In this document: in pieces, positions 7,995 through 15,233 of the stretch
How positions within the stretch are numbered: the first letter of the stretch is position 1
Layout: the number at the start of each line of letters is the position of its first letter
Assembly: GCA_021776055.1 (NCBI GenBank)
Contig: JAJFGP010000062.1
Coordinates: forward strand, 30,147 to 94,146
DNA length: 64,000 nt
Direction: 5' to 3'
Source of the DNA: Kiloniellaceae bacterium
GTDB lineage: Bacteria > Pseudomonadota > Alphaproteobacteria > Kiloniellales > J153
Position numbers and translations under genes: made by a program
The notes under the pieces: generated by a model
The model's input: the letters and a program-made list of their open reading frames with translations, nothing else
The model's database searches: none
Told to the model about the DNA's origin: nothing

Positions 7995-9406
7995 GCGGCC
8001 CGCCTTTCAGAAAGCTCCATGATTCCGAGAAGCGGCGTGACATCTCCCAGGCCGACGCTGCCCCCTAGAATTTCGCAGATACCTTCTTCGGGATCGTAAA
8101 TAATCTCCATGCTGGCGAGGCTGAATGTGACAGCGGCGTAGTTGTTGTTCGGCTCTTCACGGAAGGGGTGAAGGCGCGCGAGGAACTCATTGACCGCCAG
8201 CCCGGCCGCGAACATGTTGACGCTGATGACCGCCGGGCGGTGCGCTTGCACACCGGCGATATATCCGTCCTCGACTTGCTGGTCATGGGCGGCAGGGTCA
8301 TTGCGCCGCAAACCGGCGGCGGCAACCTGGTTCATTGTAAATAGGCCCCGGCTCATCAAGCTTGATCGGCCTGGGCGGATGTAATGGACGGTACCGCATA
8401 TCTCACGAATGTTTCCCTTGGCCGCGCCTTGCCGTATGGCTTCAAGCCGCACACCGATGTCAAAATATGGCAGGGTATAATAGGCCGCGAGCGCATTTAG
8501 CAGATACCGGCCATCGATGGTATCCATACACCCAAAAACCACATCGCATTGCGCGACTTTCCGCACAACCTCCTGGTCCCAAAGATTCCTGCCCAGCGGA
8601 ATAACCCGCGTACCAAGACCGGCCCGATCGATCGCCTCGGCTTGCACATCGACCTTGGGGCGGCCCAATGCGGCGTCACGCATGGTCGAGTTCAGGATGC
8701 GGTTTACGTTACGATCCTCCATGGAATCGTCATCCACGATGACCAGCTCGCCGACACCCAGTCGCATGAGCTGTTCGATCACGGGGCTACCCGTGCCCGA
8801 GGCGCCGATGACAGCGATAGACAGGCGCCGCAGCCGCTCGATTGTCCCCTCATCGAATATCTGCGCATGGGACGCCGCAAAGCTGGGTACGTCCTTGTTA
8901 CCCGCGTCCGCATACCAAAAATGCAAGTCGTCGTCGGCGACGCTGATACATTCGATTGGTTCCATTTTTTGTCCGGACCTAAGAACGCGCCCGAACATTT
9001 GTCCATCGGGCAACATAACAGCGCTTCCGTGTGCAATATCGGCCTCGACCCACCCCCGGATCATGGGCAGCAAGCGGGCATCCCCTTCATCATCCGTTCC
9101 TGAAAAGGCCGGATAGCCGTTCGGGTGACTATGCACCTTAATCACGGAAAGTCGCTTGTCGGCGGCCCGTTCAAGAATGGGAGCAACATAATCCGGGTGC
9201 CAGGTCACGCGTACTGGCGTTCGCTCCGAGCACTGGTCATAGGGCACATCGTGGATTTCGCGCACGACCAGCCGGTGGCGTCGATCACCTTCGCGTCTAT
9301 TGCAAAGAAGAAGGGCGACAGCCTCCTTGCCATCCCCCGGAAAAAGAAAACTCTTGAGGTGCTCGTGCTGGTCGCCCGAAAGCGCGAGGGTTACTGGGAC
9401 GGGCAT
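7991..9406 (-). CDS. JAB/JAMM deubiquitinase-like domain fused to a ThiF/E1-like adenylyltransferase
   Basis: JAMM motif HSHPNGYPAFSGTD (nt 9092-9133) with an upstream Glu (GKEAVALLL). Rossmann IAVIGASGTGSPVIEQLMRLGVGELVIVDDD (GASGTG = nt 8789-8806). Confidence 0.9.
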   Translation of the reverse strand: MPVPVTLALSGDQHEHLKSFLFPGDGKEAVALLLCNRREGDRRHRLVVREIHDVPYDQCSERTPVRVTWHPDYVAPILERAADKRLSVIKVHSHPNGYPAFSGTDDEGDARLLPMIRGWVEADIAHGSAVMLPDGQMFGRVLRSGQKMEPIECISVADDDLHFWYADAGNKDVPSFAASHAQIFDEGTIERLRRLSIAVIGASGTGSPVIEQLMRLGVGELVIVDDDSMEDRNVNRILNSTMRDAALGRPKVDVQAEAIDRAGLGTRVIPLGRNLWDQEVVRKVAQCDVVFGCMDTIDGRYLLNALAAYYTLPYFDIGVRLEAIRQGAAKGNIREICGTVHYIRPGRSSLMSRGLFTMNQVAAAGLRRNDPAAHDQQVEDGYIAGVQAHRPAVISVNMFAAGLAVNEFLARLHPFREEPNNNYAAVTFSLASMEIIYDPEEGICEILGGSVGLGDVTPLLGIMELSERRAA

Positions 9407-9804
9407 TTTTCGAACTCCCTAGCAAGCCAGTCCTCGACGAGGATTACATGAGTGCCCAGAGAGTCGCGGCCAATCTTCCACGGATTCTGCCCGGAGCGAT
9501 GGCGTGACCACCGTTGGTACGACTTGCCATCGATCACCTGCTTGGCGTCCGTCGCACCAATTTGCCTTCCGTCCGTTCTCGCAAGCGCGGGGAAGAAATA
9601 TACCATGTTCAATTCAGTGTTGGGGTAGCCGGTTTCCATGCGGATTGCCGCCGTCACGCGAGGATGATTGTAACCCTCATGTGTCGGAAAGTCGTGGATC
9701 AGAACCCACTGTGAACCATCCACAATGGTTTCCCATGGCAGACCATATTCGTTGAGAAAAACCTGGTCCTGCTCCGGCAGGTCAAACTGGCGACGAAGGC
9801 TCAT
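9391..9804 (-). CDS. prokaryotic E2/UBC-like protein (Prok-E2 family)
   Basis: 137 aa with a YNHPRV (HPN-like) motif and flanking aromatic-rich strands. It sits between the Ubl and E1 genes and overlaps E1 by 16 nt. Family call is from memory of the Prok-E2_E neighbourhood. Confidence 0.65.
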   Translation of the reverse strand: MSLRRQFDLPEQDQVFLNEYGLPWETIVDGSQWVLIHDFPTHEGYNHPRVTAAIRMETGYPNTELNMVYFFPALARTDGRQIGATDAKQVIDGKSYQRWSRHRSGQNPWKIGRDSLGTHVILVEDWLAREFEKCPSQ

Positions 9805-9807
9805 CTA

Positions 9808-10149
9808 TTAGCCCTCCGTCTGATCGCGCGGCAGCGCCTTGAACTTCTCGACGCCGGGACGGCGCAGGTCAACTTTTTCGTCGAGCCCGACCTTTTGGGG
9901 TTTTTCGCCAGCCAATTTGACTCGCAGTGTATAGTTTTCCACCGGGATCAGACCGCCAAGGGTCAGTATCTCGCGCCCGGTGGGCAGCGGATCGTGGACC
10001 ACATAGGGGTCGCCGTTGATCTTGAGGCGGTAACCCCTGGCGAGCGGGGGCCGCTTGCCGAGCTTGGCGTACTCCTCAAGGTCGATTATGTCGTCGAGCA
10101 CCGCTTCGACACCGGAGGAGTCCTCCTTGGATTTAGATTGAGTAGTCAT
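9808..10149 (-). CDS. ubiquitin-like beta-grasp protein (multiubiquitin-family), C-terminal Gly
   Basis: 113 aa with an acidic N-terminus followed by GYRLKINGDPYVVHDPLPTGREILTLGGL...YTLRVKL. It ends ..RDQTEG-stop (GGC 9811-9813, TAA 9808-9810). First gene of the minus-strand operon. Confidence 0.7.
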   Translation of the reverse strand: MTTQSKSKEDSSGVEAVLDDIIDLEEYAKLGKRPPLARGYRLKINGDPYVVHDPLPTGREILTLGGLIPVENYTLRVKLAGEKPQKVGLDEKVDLRRPGVEKFKALPRDQTEG

Positions 10150-10227
10150 TCATAGGTTCCTTTTTGCTAGTTAAGCTCCGGGCCACCTTGGCCAGGCATG
10201 ACCAAGTATGCCAAAGCATGCTAAGTT

Positions 10228-10279
10228 TGTCAAGCATCTAATTAGCACGCTTGACATAGCTAGCGACAATGGCTAGAAT
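10228..10279. promoter_or_regulatory. divergent promoter/operator region between the Ubl operon and the XRE gene
   Basis: Inverted repeat TGTCAAGC (10228-10235) / GCTTGACA (10249-10256). Plus strand: TTGACA (10251-10256), 17-nt spacer, TAGAAT (10274-10279), then AAGGAG and ATG 10315. Minus strand: the mirrored TTGACA is followed 17 nt later by CATACT. Confidence 0.55.
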
Positions 10280-10314
10280 CGTAAGGAAAACAACGCATCA
10301 AGGAGCCTGCCTAT

Positions 10315-10710
10315 ATGTCCACAGCCACCAGAGACAGGACCACCGTGAAACCGACCCTGGGGCAATACCTCGCTTCGATTCGCACCGACCGGAAGTTGAC
10401 TCTGCGCCAGGTCGAGGAGGCCACGAACAAGGAAGTTTCGAACGCCTATCTCAGCCAAATAGAAAACGACAAGATAAAAAAGCCCTCGCCCAACATTCTT
10501 CACACACTCGCGGAACTCTACGGCATCAGTTTTGAGAAACTGATGGATATGGCCGGATACCTGATGTCATCGACGAAACGCGCCGACGATGACAGGCACG
10601 GCCGCGTGGCAACCTTCGCTGAGCATAACCTTACGTCCGACGAGGAAACGGAGTTAATCCAGTATCTCCAATTCATTCGGGGCAGGAATCGGAAACGTGA
10701 CAAAGCCTGA
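10315..10710 (+). CDS. XRE-family helix-turn-helix transcriptional regulator
   Basis: LRQVEEATNKEVSNAYLSQIENDKIKKPSPNILHTLAELYGISFEKL is a typical HTH_3 sequence. AAGGAG RBS. Overlaps the next gene by 14 nt. Confidence 0.9.
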   Translation: MSTATRDRTTVKPTLGQYLASIRTDRKLTLRQVEEATNKEVSNAYLSQIENDKIKKPSPNILHTLAELYGISFEKLMDMAGYLMSSTKRADDDRHGRVATFAEHNLTSDEETELIQYLQFIRGRNRKRDKA

Positions 10711-11641
10711 TGATAGTAGCCTCGACCCCGAGGATCTTCGCGCGGTCGAGGCGCGTGCAAGGCGTCTCCTAGACCGCGCGGACGCATGGAACCGATTTCC
10801 CGTACCAATTGAGGATATTCTTTCCGCCGCCAAGGTTCAGGTCGCGCCAACCAGCGCATTCGACGCGGATTCTATTCTTGCGTATCTAAAGGGTAGGGCC
10901 GCGGACACTGGGGTGCGTATCAAATCGGCGATCACAAAGGTGTTTGGGCTTTATGATGCTGGAGAAAGCCTGATCCACGTTGATGACACCGTGGTCGAAT
11001 CAAAGCGAACGTTTCTAAAACTACATGAAACGGCGCATCACGATATGCCGACACACCGGAAGACGTTTCGATTCTTTCAGGACTGCGAAAAGACACTCGC
11101 GCCTGAGATCGCGGATCAGTTTGAGCGAGAGGCGAACAATTTCGCCCGCTTCGCACTTTTCAAGGGTGATACTTACGCGGAGTACGCATCAGACTGTGCG
11201 TTCGAAATCAAAACGCCAATGAAGCTCGCAAAAAAGTTTGGCGCATCAATTTACGCATCCGCCCGCGAGTTCGCGCGGACGAACGACAGGGCGTGCGTTG
11301 TTTACATCTTGGAACCGCCAGAGTTTTGCCAAGCGAATGGTGCGAAGGCTATCGTTCGGCGCATCGAGCCCTCCAATGACTATGTCGCGCGATTTGGGCA
11401 TCCGGCCGACAAGGTTATCACGTCCGATCACTTCCTTTGGTCGGTACTGCCCTGTGGTCGCAGAATGACGCGGCCCACTGCAGTTTCGGTCATCGACAAA
11501 AATGGAACGTGCCACGACTGTGTGGCAGAGGCGTTCGATACCACTTACAATGTGTTGATCCTGCTCTATCCCGTGCGAGCCCTAAGCGCTAGGACGATCA
11601 TCCTGCCTCGGGGCTTCAAGAAAAAGGTCGCCGATAAGTAA
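10697..11641 (+). CDS. ImmA/IrrE-family zinc metallopeptidase (DUF955-like) with a long C-terminal extension
   Basis: HExxH motif HETAHH at nt 11024-11041. GTG start overlaps the XRE stop. This is the classic XRE-ImmA pairing. Confidence 0.85.
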   Translation: MTKPDDSSLDPEDLRAVEARARRLLDRADAWNRFPVPIEDILSAAKVQVAPTSAFDADSILAYLKGRAADTGVRIKSAITKVFGLYDAGESLIHVDDTVVESKRTFLKLHETAHHDMPTHRKTFRFFQDCEKTLAPEIADQFEREANNFARFALFKGDTYAEYASDCAFEIKTPMKLAKKFGASIYASAREFARTNDRACVVYILEPPEFCQANGAKAIVRRIEPSNDYVARFGHPADKVITSDHFLWSVLPCGRRMTRPTAVSVIDKNGTCHDCVAEAFDTTYNVLILLYPVRALSARTIILPRGFKKKVADK

Positions 11642-11693
11642 GAAGCGTAATGAGACCACCCTATCACACTAACTTAGAAGAAATTAGACGAAC

Positions 11694-12572
11694 ATGGTCA
11701 GACGCATAACGGCATCGCAGTGGAACAGTAAAGTGCGTCAGGCGCAGCAGAAGCATCGCCAGGCCATCGGAAAATATAATTCCGAGGTCAGAGCTTATAA
11801 TCAGAAAGTCAATCAGGCGGTCAACAAATACAACAGTGAAGTGAGCGCCCACAATGCGCGGGTTCGGGCGAACCGACAGCGACTGAAAAACGAAATAGCG
11901 CGCCTAAGCCGCCAGACAGTAACGACGCGCTACGTTACATTCCGGCCATCGGTCAACGAAGTCCAAAGCGCGTACGAGCGATTGGAACATGCGGCGGACT
12001 CGAGCGGTTATGACGATCGGTACAACGAAATTCTCGATCTGTCGGAACGTGAGGCCGCCAACAATGCTGGTCTGATGAACGCATTGCTGGGTGATGCGCA
12101 GTCGTCCAATGAACAGCCGCCGAACGCGCCCGAGAGCCCGCTGTCGCCCATTCTTCAGGCGATATCAGGCGAACTTGCCGACCGTTGGCGGGGCGCGCTG
12201 TACTCTTTGAGCCCGCAGAACCCCGATGCCGCGCGACATTTTTGTACGAGTGCGCGTGAAATCATCGCACGAATCCTGGATACGAAGGCGCCTGATAGTT
12301 CCGTTGCCGCCGCGATGCCGGATTGCGACCGCACGCAGCAGGGAACGCCGACGCGACGCGCTAAGATACGCTATTTCCTGCACTTGCAAGGAATAAATAA
12401 GGATGAACTTGTGGCGTTCATCGAAAGCGACATGGATAACGTGGTTGATTTGTTTGATGTCTTTAATATGGGCACCCATGGTTCCGCCGGAACGTTCGAC
12501 TTTGCGCAGCTTCAGGCGATCCGCAAGCGGGTTGAGGATGGGATCATGTTTCTCTCCCGGCTGATGCGCTAA
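11694..12572 (+). CDS. hypothetical protein with an N-terminal tandem 18-aa repeat and a helical C-terminal domain
   Basis: AIGKYNSEVRAYNQKVNQ / AVNKYNSEVSAHNARVRA (nt 11763-11870). The C-terminus (NPDAARHFCTSAREIIARIL...PTRRAKIRYFL...FNMGTHGSAG) resembles, from memory, domains annotated as pPIWI-associating nuclease. That call is uncertain. Confidence 0.55.
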   Translation: MVRRITASQWNSKVRQAQQKHRQAIGKYNSEVRAYNQKVNQAVNKYNSEVSAHNARVRANRQRLKNEIARLSRQTVTTRYVTFRPSVNEVQSAYERLEHAADSSGYDDRYNEILDLSEREAANNAGLMNALLGDAQSSNEQPPNAPESPLSPILQAISGELADRWRGALYSLSPQNPDAARHFCTSAREIIARILDTKAPDSSVAAAMPDCDRTQQGTPTRRAKIRYFLHLQGINKDELVAFIESDMDNVVDLFDVFNMGTHGSAGTFDFAQLQAIRKRVEDGIMFLSRLMR

Positions 12573-12701
12573 TGGAAAATGGGTGCGTTCAGCTAGTGCC
12601 GGGTCGGGCTCTAAGCGTGAACTTTCAGAAGGTTTCCCCCGGTCCTGACCGAGGAAGCTGGGGTTGTCGAAGCCTCAGAGTTAAAGGAAGACCGAAAGGA
12701 T

Positions 12702-12821
12702 ATCCATAAGAATGCCCGACTGACACCGATGGATTGAGAGCAGCTAGTGCGCTTGATCTAAGCGGGTACAAGGCCGAAGGCCGTCACCGAAGCCGTGTGT
12801 CCGCGCACGATGCGTAAATAG
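12702..12821 (+). pseudogene. fragment of an IS481-family transposase N-terminus (HTH region) with in-frame stops
   Basis: Translation is IHKNARLTPMD*EQLVRLI*AGTRPKAVTEAVCPRTMRK*. HKNARLTP is the characteristic start of IS481-type transposases. No catalytic domain follows. Confidence 0.5.
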
Positions 12822-12911
12822 TTGACGCACTAGCGTGCCGAGGGTGTGGCTTAATTCAAACCCTCTGGAACTGAGCAATTAGTTTTCTGATGGCTCCTAT
12901 TTAGCTCACAG

Positions 12912-12998
12912 TGGGGGCGGACGGCGGGATTCGAACCCGCACGACTGTTAGTCATTGGATTATAGGTCCAATGTGTCTACCAATTTCGCTACGTCCGT
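12912..12998 (-). tRNA. type II (long variable arm) tRNA-Leu-like gene, probably degenerate
   Basis: Reverse complement is ACGGACGTAGCGAAATTGGTAGACACATTGGACCTATAATCCAATGACTAACAGTCGTGCGGGTTCGAATCCCGCCGTCCGCCCCCA. The T-arm (GCGGG/TTCGAAT/CCCGC) and D-loop are good. Position 1 is mismatched, the D-stem is weakened, the anticodon loop is CCTATAA (C at position 33) and the tail is CCCCA. Confidence 0.45.
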
Positions 12999-13032
12999 AG
13001 TGTTTACATGTGATTTTAAGCCTGCGGTTCTC

Positions 13033-14211
13033 CTAGGCGGCTTCACTACCTTTCATCGTCGATTCTATTTGGGTCGCAATTCGCTCGGCGGCATCCTTGA
13101 CTGGATCGGCCGCTAGGTGTGCATATCGCGCCGTGGTCTGAGCTTGGGTGTGGCCGAGGAGCTTGCCGATCATGGGCAGGCTTTCGCCGAGATTGGCCGC
13201 GACGCTGGCATAAGAGTGTCGGAGGTCGTGCATCCGGACGTCATGAAGATCAGCCCGCTTTCTGATCGCTTCCCACTGATGGCCCATCCTTGTCATATGA
13301 CCCCGGTGGAAACGGCCGACGAGCACGTGGGGATTGTCCTGCACCCGTGGGATCGCTTTCAGGACGTCAATCGCCGGGCCGGATAGATAGACCGTCTTCC
13401 GGCCGGTCTTGCTGTCCGCGAGATTGATCCGCTTGTTCTCGAAATCGATGTAGTCCCACTTGAGGGTCAGGATTTCGCCGAGACGGCAACCGGTGAAGAT
13501 CAACAAGCGGATCGCCTGGATGGCTCCGATGAAGATAGACCCATCCTTTTCGGCCTCGTTGAGGATCTTGGCGAGCCGTCCGAACTCCACTGGCGAAAGA
13601 TAGCGCTCCATCTTCCGGCTTGGGTACTTGTCGATGTGCCGGCAGGGGTTGGTGCCGTCGGACCGCAGGCCCCACTTCTCAGCCAGATTGAACATCTTGC
13701 CGAGCAGCCCCATGACGTGGTTGGCGGCACCCGGCCGGTCGACCATCTTCGCGTGCAGGCGCTGGATATCGGCGCGGGTCACGAGGTCGAGGCGTTTCTT
13801 TCCCAGGGCAGGGAGGACATGGTTGTTCAGGTTGGATATGTCGGACTTTACGCTGCTTGGCTTCTTCTTGGGACGGGCGTGTTCATCGAGATAGCGCTCG
13901 GAGAACTCCCGCACGGTCGGCTTTGTCCGCGCCTCGCGCAGGTCCTCGCTCGGGTCTTGACCCATCGCCACGCGGGCCAGCCATTGCTGCGCCTTGGTCC
14001 GGGCCTGATCGCAGGTGATTTTGCCATGAACGCCGAGGGCAGGGCGCCTCTGCCGACCGTCGAGTGTTCGGTAGTAAAGCAGGTAGGCGCGCTTGCCCTT
14101 GGGCGTGATCTTACAGCCGAAGCCACTTAGCTGCCGATCCCAGAACACAGAATCGGTCTTGCCAGGTTTGGCGGACTCAACCACTCTCTTGGTCAATTTG
14201 ACGCGATTCAT
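13033..14211 (-). CDS. int: tyrosine site-specific integrase (P4-type, DUF4102 N-terminus)
   Basis: N-terminus KLTKRVVESAKPGKTDSVFWDRQLSGFGCKITPKGKRAYLLYYR. Catalytic HDLRHSYAS and LLGHTQAQTTARYAH. Start moved to ATG 14211 (MNRVKL). Confidence 0.9.
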   Translation of the reverse strand: MNRVKLTKRVVESAKPGKTDSVFWDRQLSGFGCKITPKGKRAYLLYYRTLDGRQRRPALGVHGKITCDQARTKAQQWLARVAMGQDPSEDLREARTKPTVREFSERYLDEHARPKKKPSSVKSDISNLNNHVLPALGKKRLDLVTRADIQRLHAKMVDRPGAANHVMGLLGKMFNLAEKWGLRSDGTNPCRHIDKYPSRKMERYLSPVEFGRLAKILNEAEKDGSIFIGAIQAIRLLIFTGCRLGEILTLKWDYIDFENKRINLADSKTGRKTVYLSGPAIDVLKAIPRVQDNPHVLVGRFHRGHMTRMGHQWEAIRKRADLHDVRMHDLRHSYASVAANLGESLPMIGKLLGHTQAQTTARYAHLAADPVKDAAERIATQIESTMKGSEAA

Positions 14212-14384
14212 GAGTCGATATCGCCCGATTTCTAGGTAGCACATAGGTAGCAGAAGAACGGGAAACGCCGTGCACTCCACCGAATGCTACCGTGAGTCTA
14301 GTCGTGCGCAGCTCTCTGATATAGAAGGAAATAGTGCGTTTCCGTGAAGGTCAGTGAGCTACACCGATAGGGCGATAGTACGAG

Positions 14385-14429
14385 ATCATAATCCGCGTGT
14401 CGGGGGTTCGAGTCCCTCTCCCGCTACCA
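14385..14429 (+). repeat. direct repeat copy 1: tRNA 3'-half-like att sequence
   Basis: ATCATAATCCGCGTGTCGGGGGTTCGAGTCCCTCTCCCGCTACCA. It reads as anticodon-loop side, variable loop, T-arm, acceptor 3' strand and CCA. No complementary AGCGGGA 5' strand was found upstream. Confidence 0.8.
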
Positions 14430-14477
14430 CTATCTATCTGAATTAAAAGAGAAACTTTACTCGTCTCTCAGGACCTT

Positions 14478-14504
14478 GAGCTGAGGAACTTTGTTTCCTC
14501 AGCT
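14478..14504. repeat. perfect 11-bp inverted repeat (hairpin) just right of repeat copy 1
   Basis: GAGCTGAGGAA-CTTTG-TTCCTCAGCTC. There is no flanking T-run on either strand, so it is not a canonical terminator. Confidence 0.6.
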
Positions 14505-15233
14505 CGGCCGGAACGCGCTGGAATCGGTGTAAATCTGCGGGCAAATGTTGTTGCCGCTGGTAAATAGGAAGGCTGCCTCCAGGCTGGGTTTGACATGCAC
14601 TTGACATGCGTCTCATGCGTCGCTTGTTCCAGGGCGCATTTAGGCTGTGCCGGGCGACTCAATAATTGAGCCTATCGGCAGGCGAAGAAGCTTTTCATGC
14701 AGAATGGGAGAACCGGGCGTCCGTCGCTGTCATGCCGATTCCGGGATGAAAACGCGACACAATTAGCGAGACTTGCAGTCTTTAGCGGGGACTGCGGCGT
14801 TCCGTGCCACTTCAAGAACTACTACTCCGTGAGCATGGGCACAACGATGCTACCGTCACAACCTGATCCCAGTTTAAAATCCTGCCCTCGCAACCAAAAA
14901 TATCCCGCTTTCTCAATAAGATAGATGGCTTTTTGATTCTTGGCTGAGATCTGCTTGATGTTCCCGGGTGCCATATGGGTACCTGTCTAGATCAAGAATA
15001 GTCCAAGACGGCGCGAGTGGTCTGGTGTTGTAGACGGCCCCGCATCTGGCACCCTCGGATGCTCGAGACGCCCCAGATGCTGCGATGCGGTTGTCGAGTT
15101 GGACCCAAACCAGGGTGACAGCCCACCCATTTGGGCTGCTGCCCCGAAGTTTGATGTCAGAAAGCCTTGCGCATCCGAGCGAAGCTGTCTAAGTGCGGAG
15201 AAGCAAGAAACTTCTTACTGTGGGTAAACAATC

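Noticed and set aside
14430-15233. Short ORFs 14468-14662 (minus) and 14697-14924 (plus), and a 54-codon minus-strand ORF near 14812-14973, in the 800-nt gap before the LysR gene.
   Set aside because: No RBS or motif support, and the composition is odd. This is probably non-coding or decayed sequence at the island junction.
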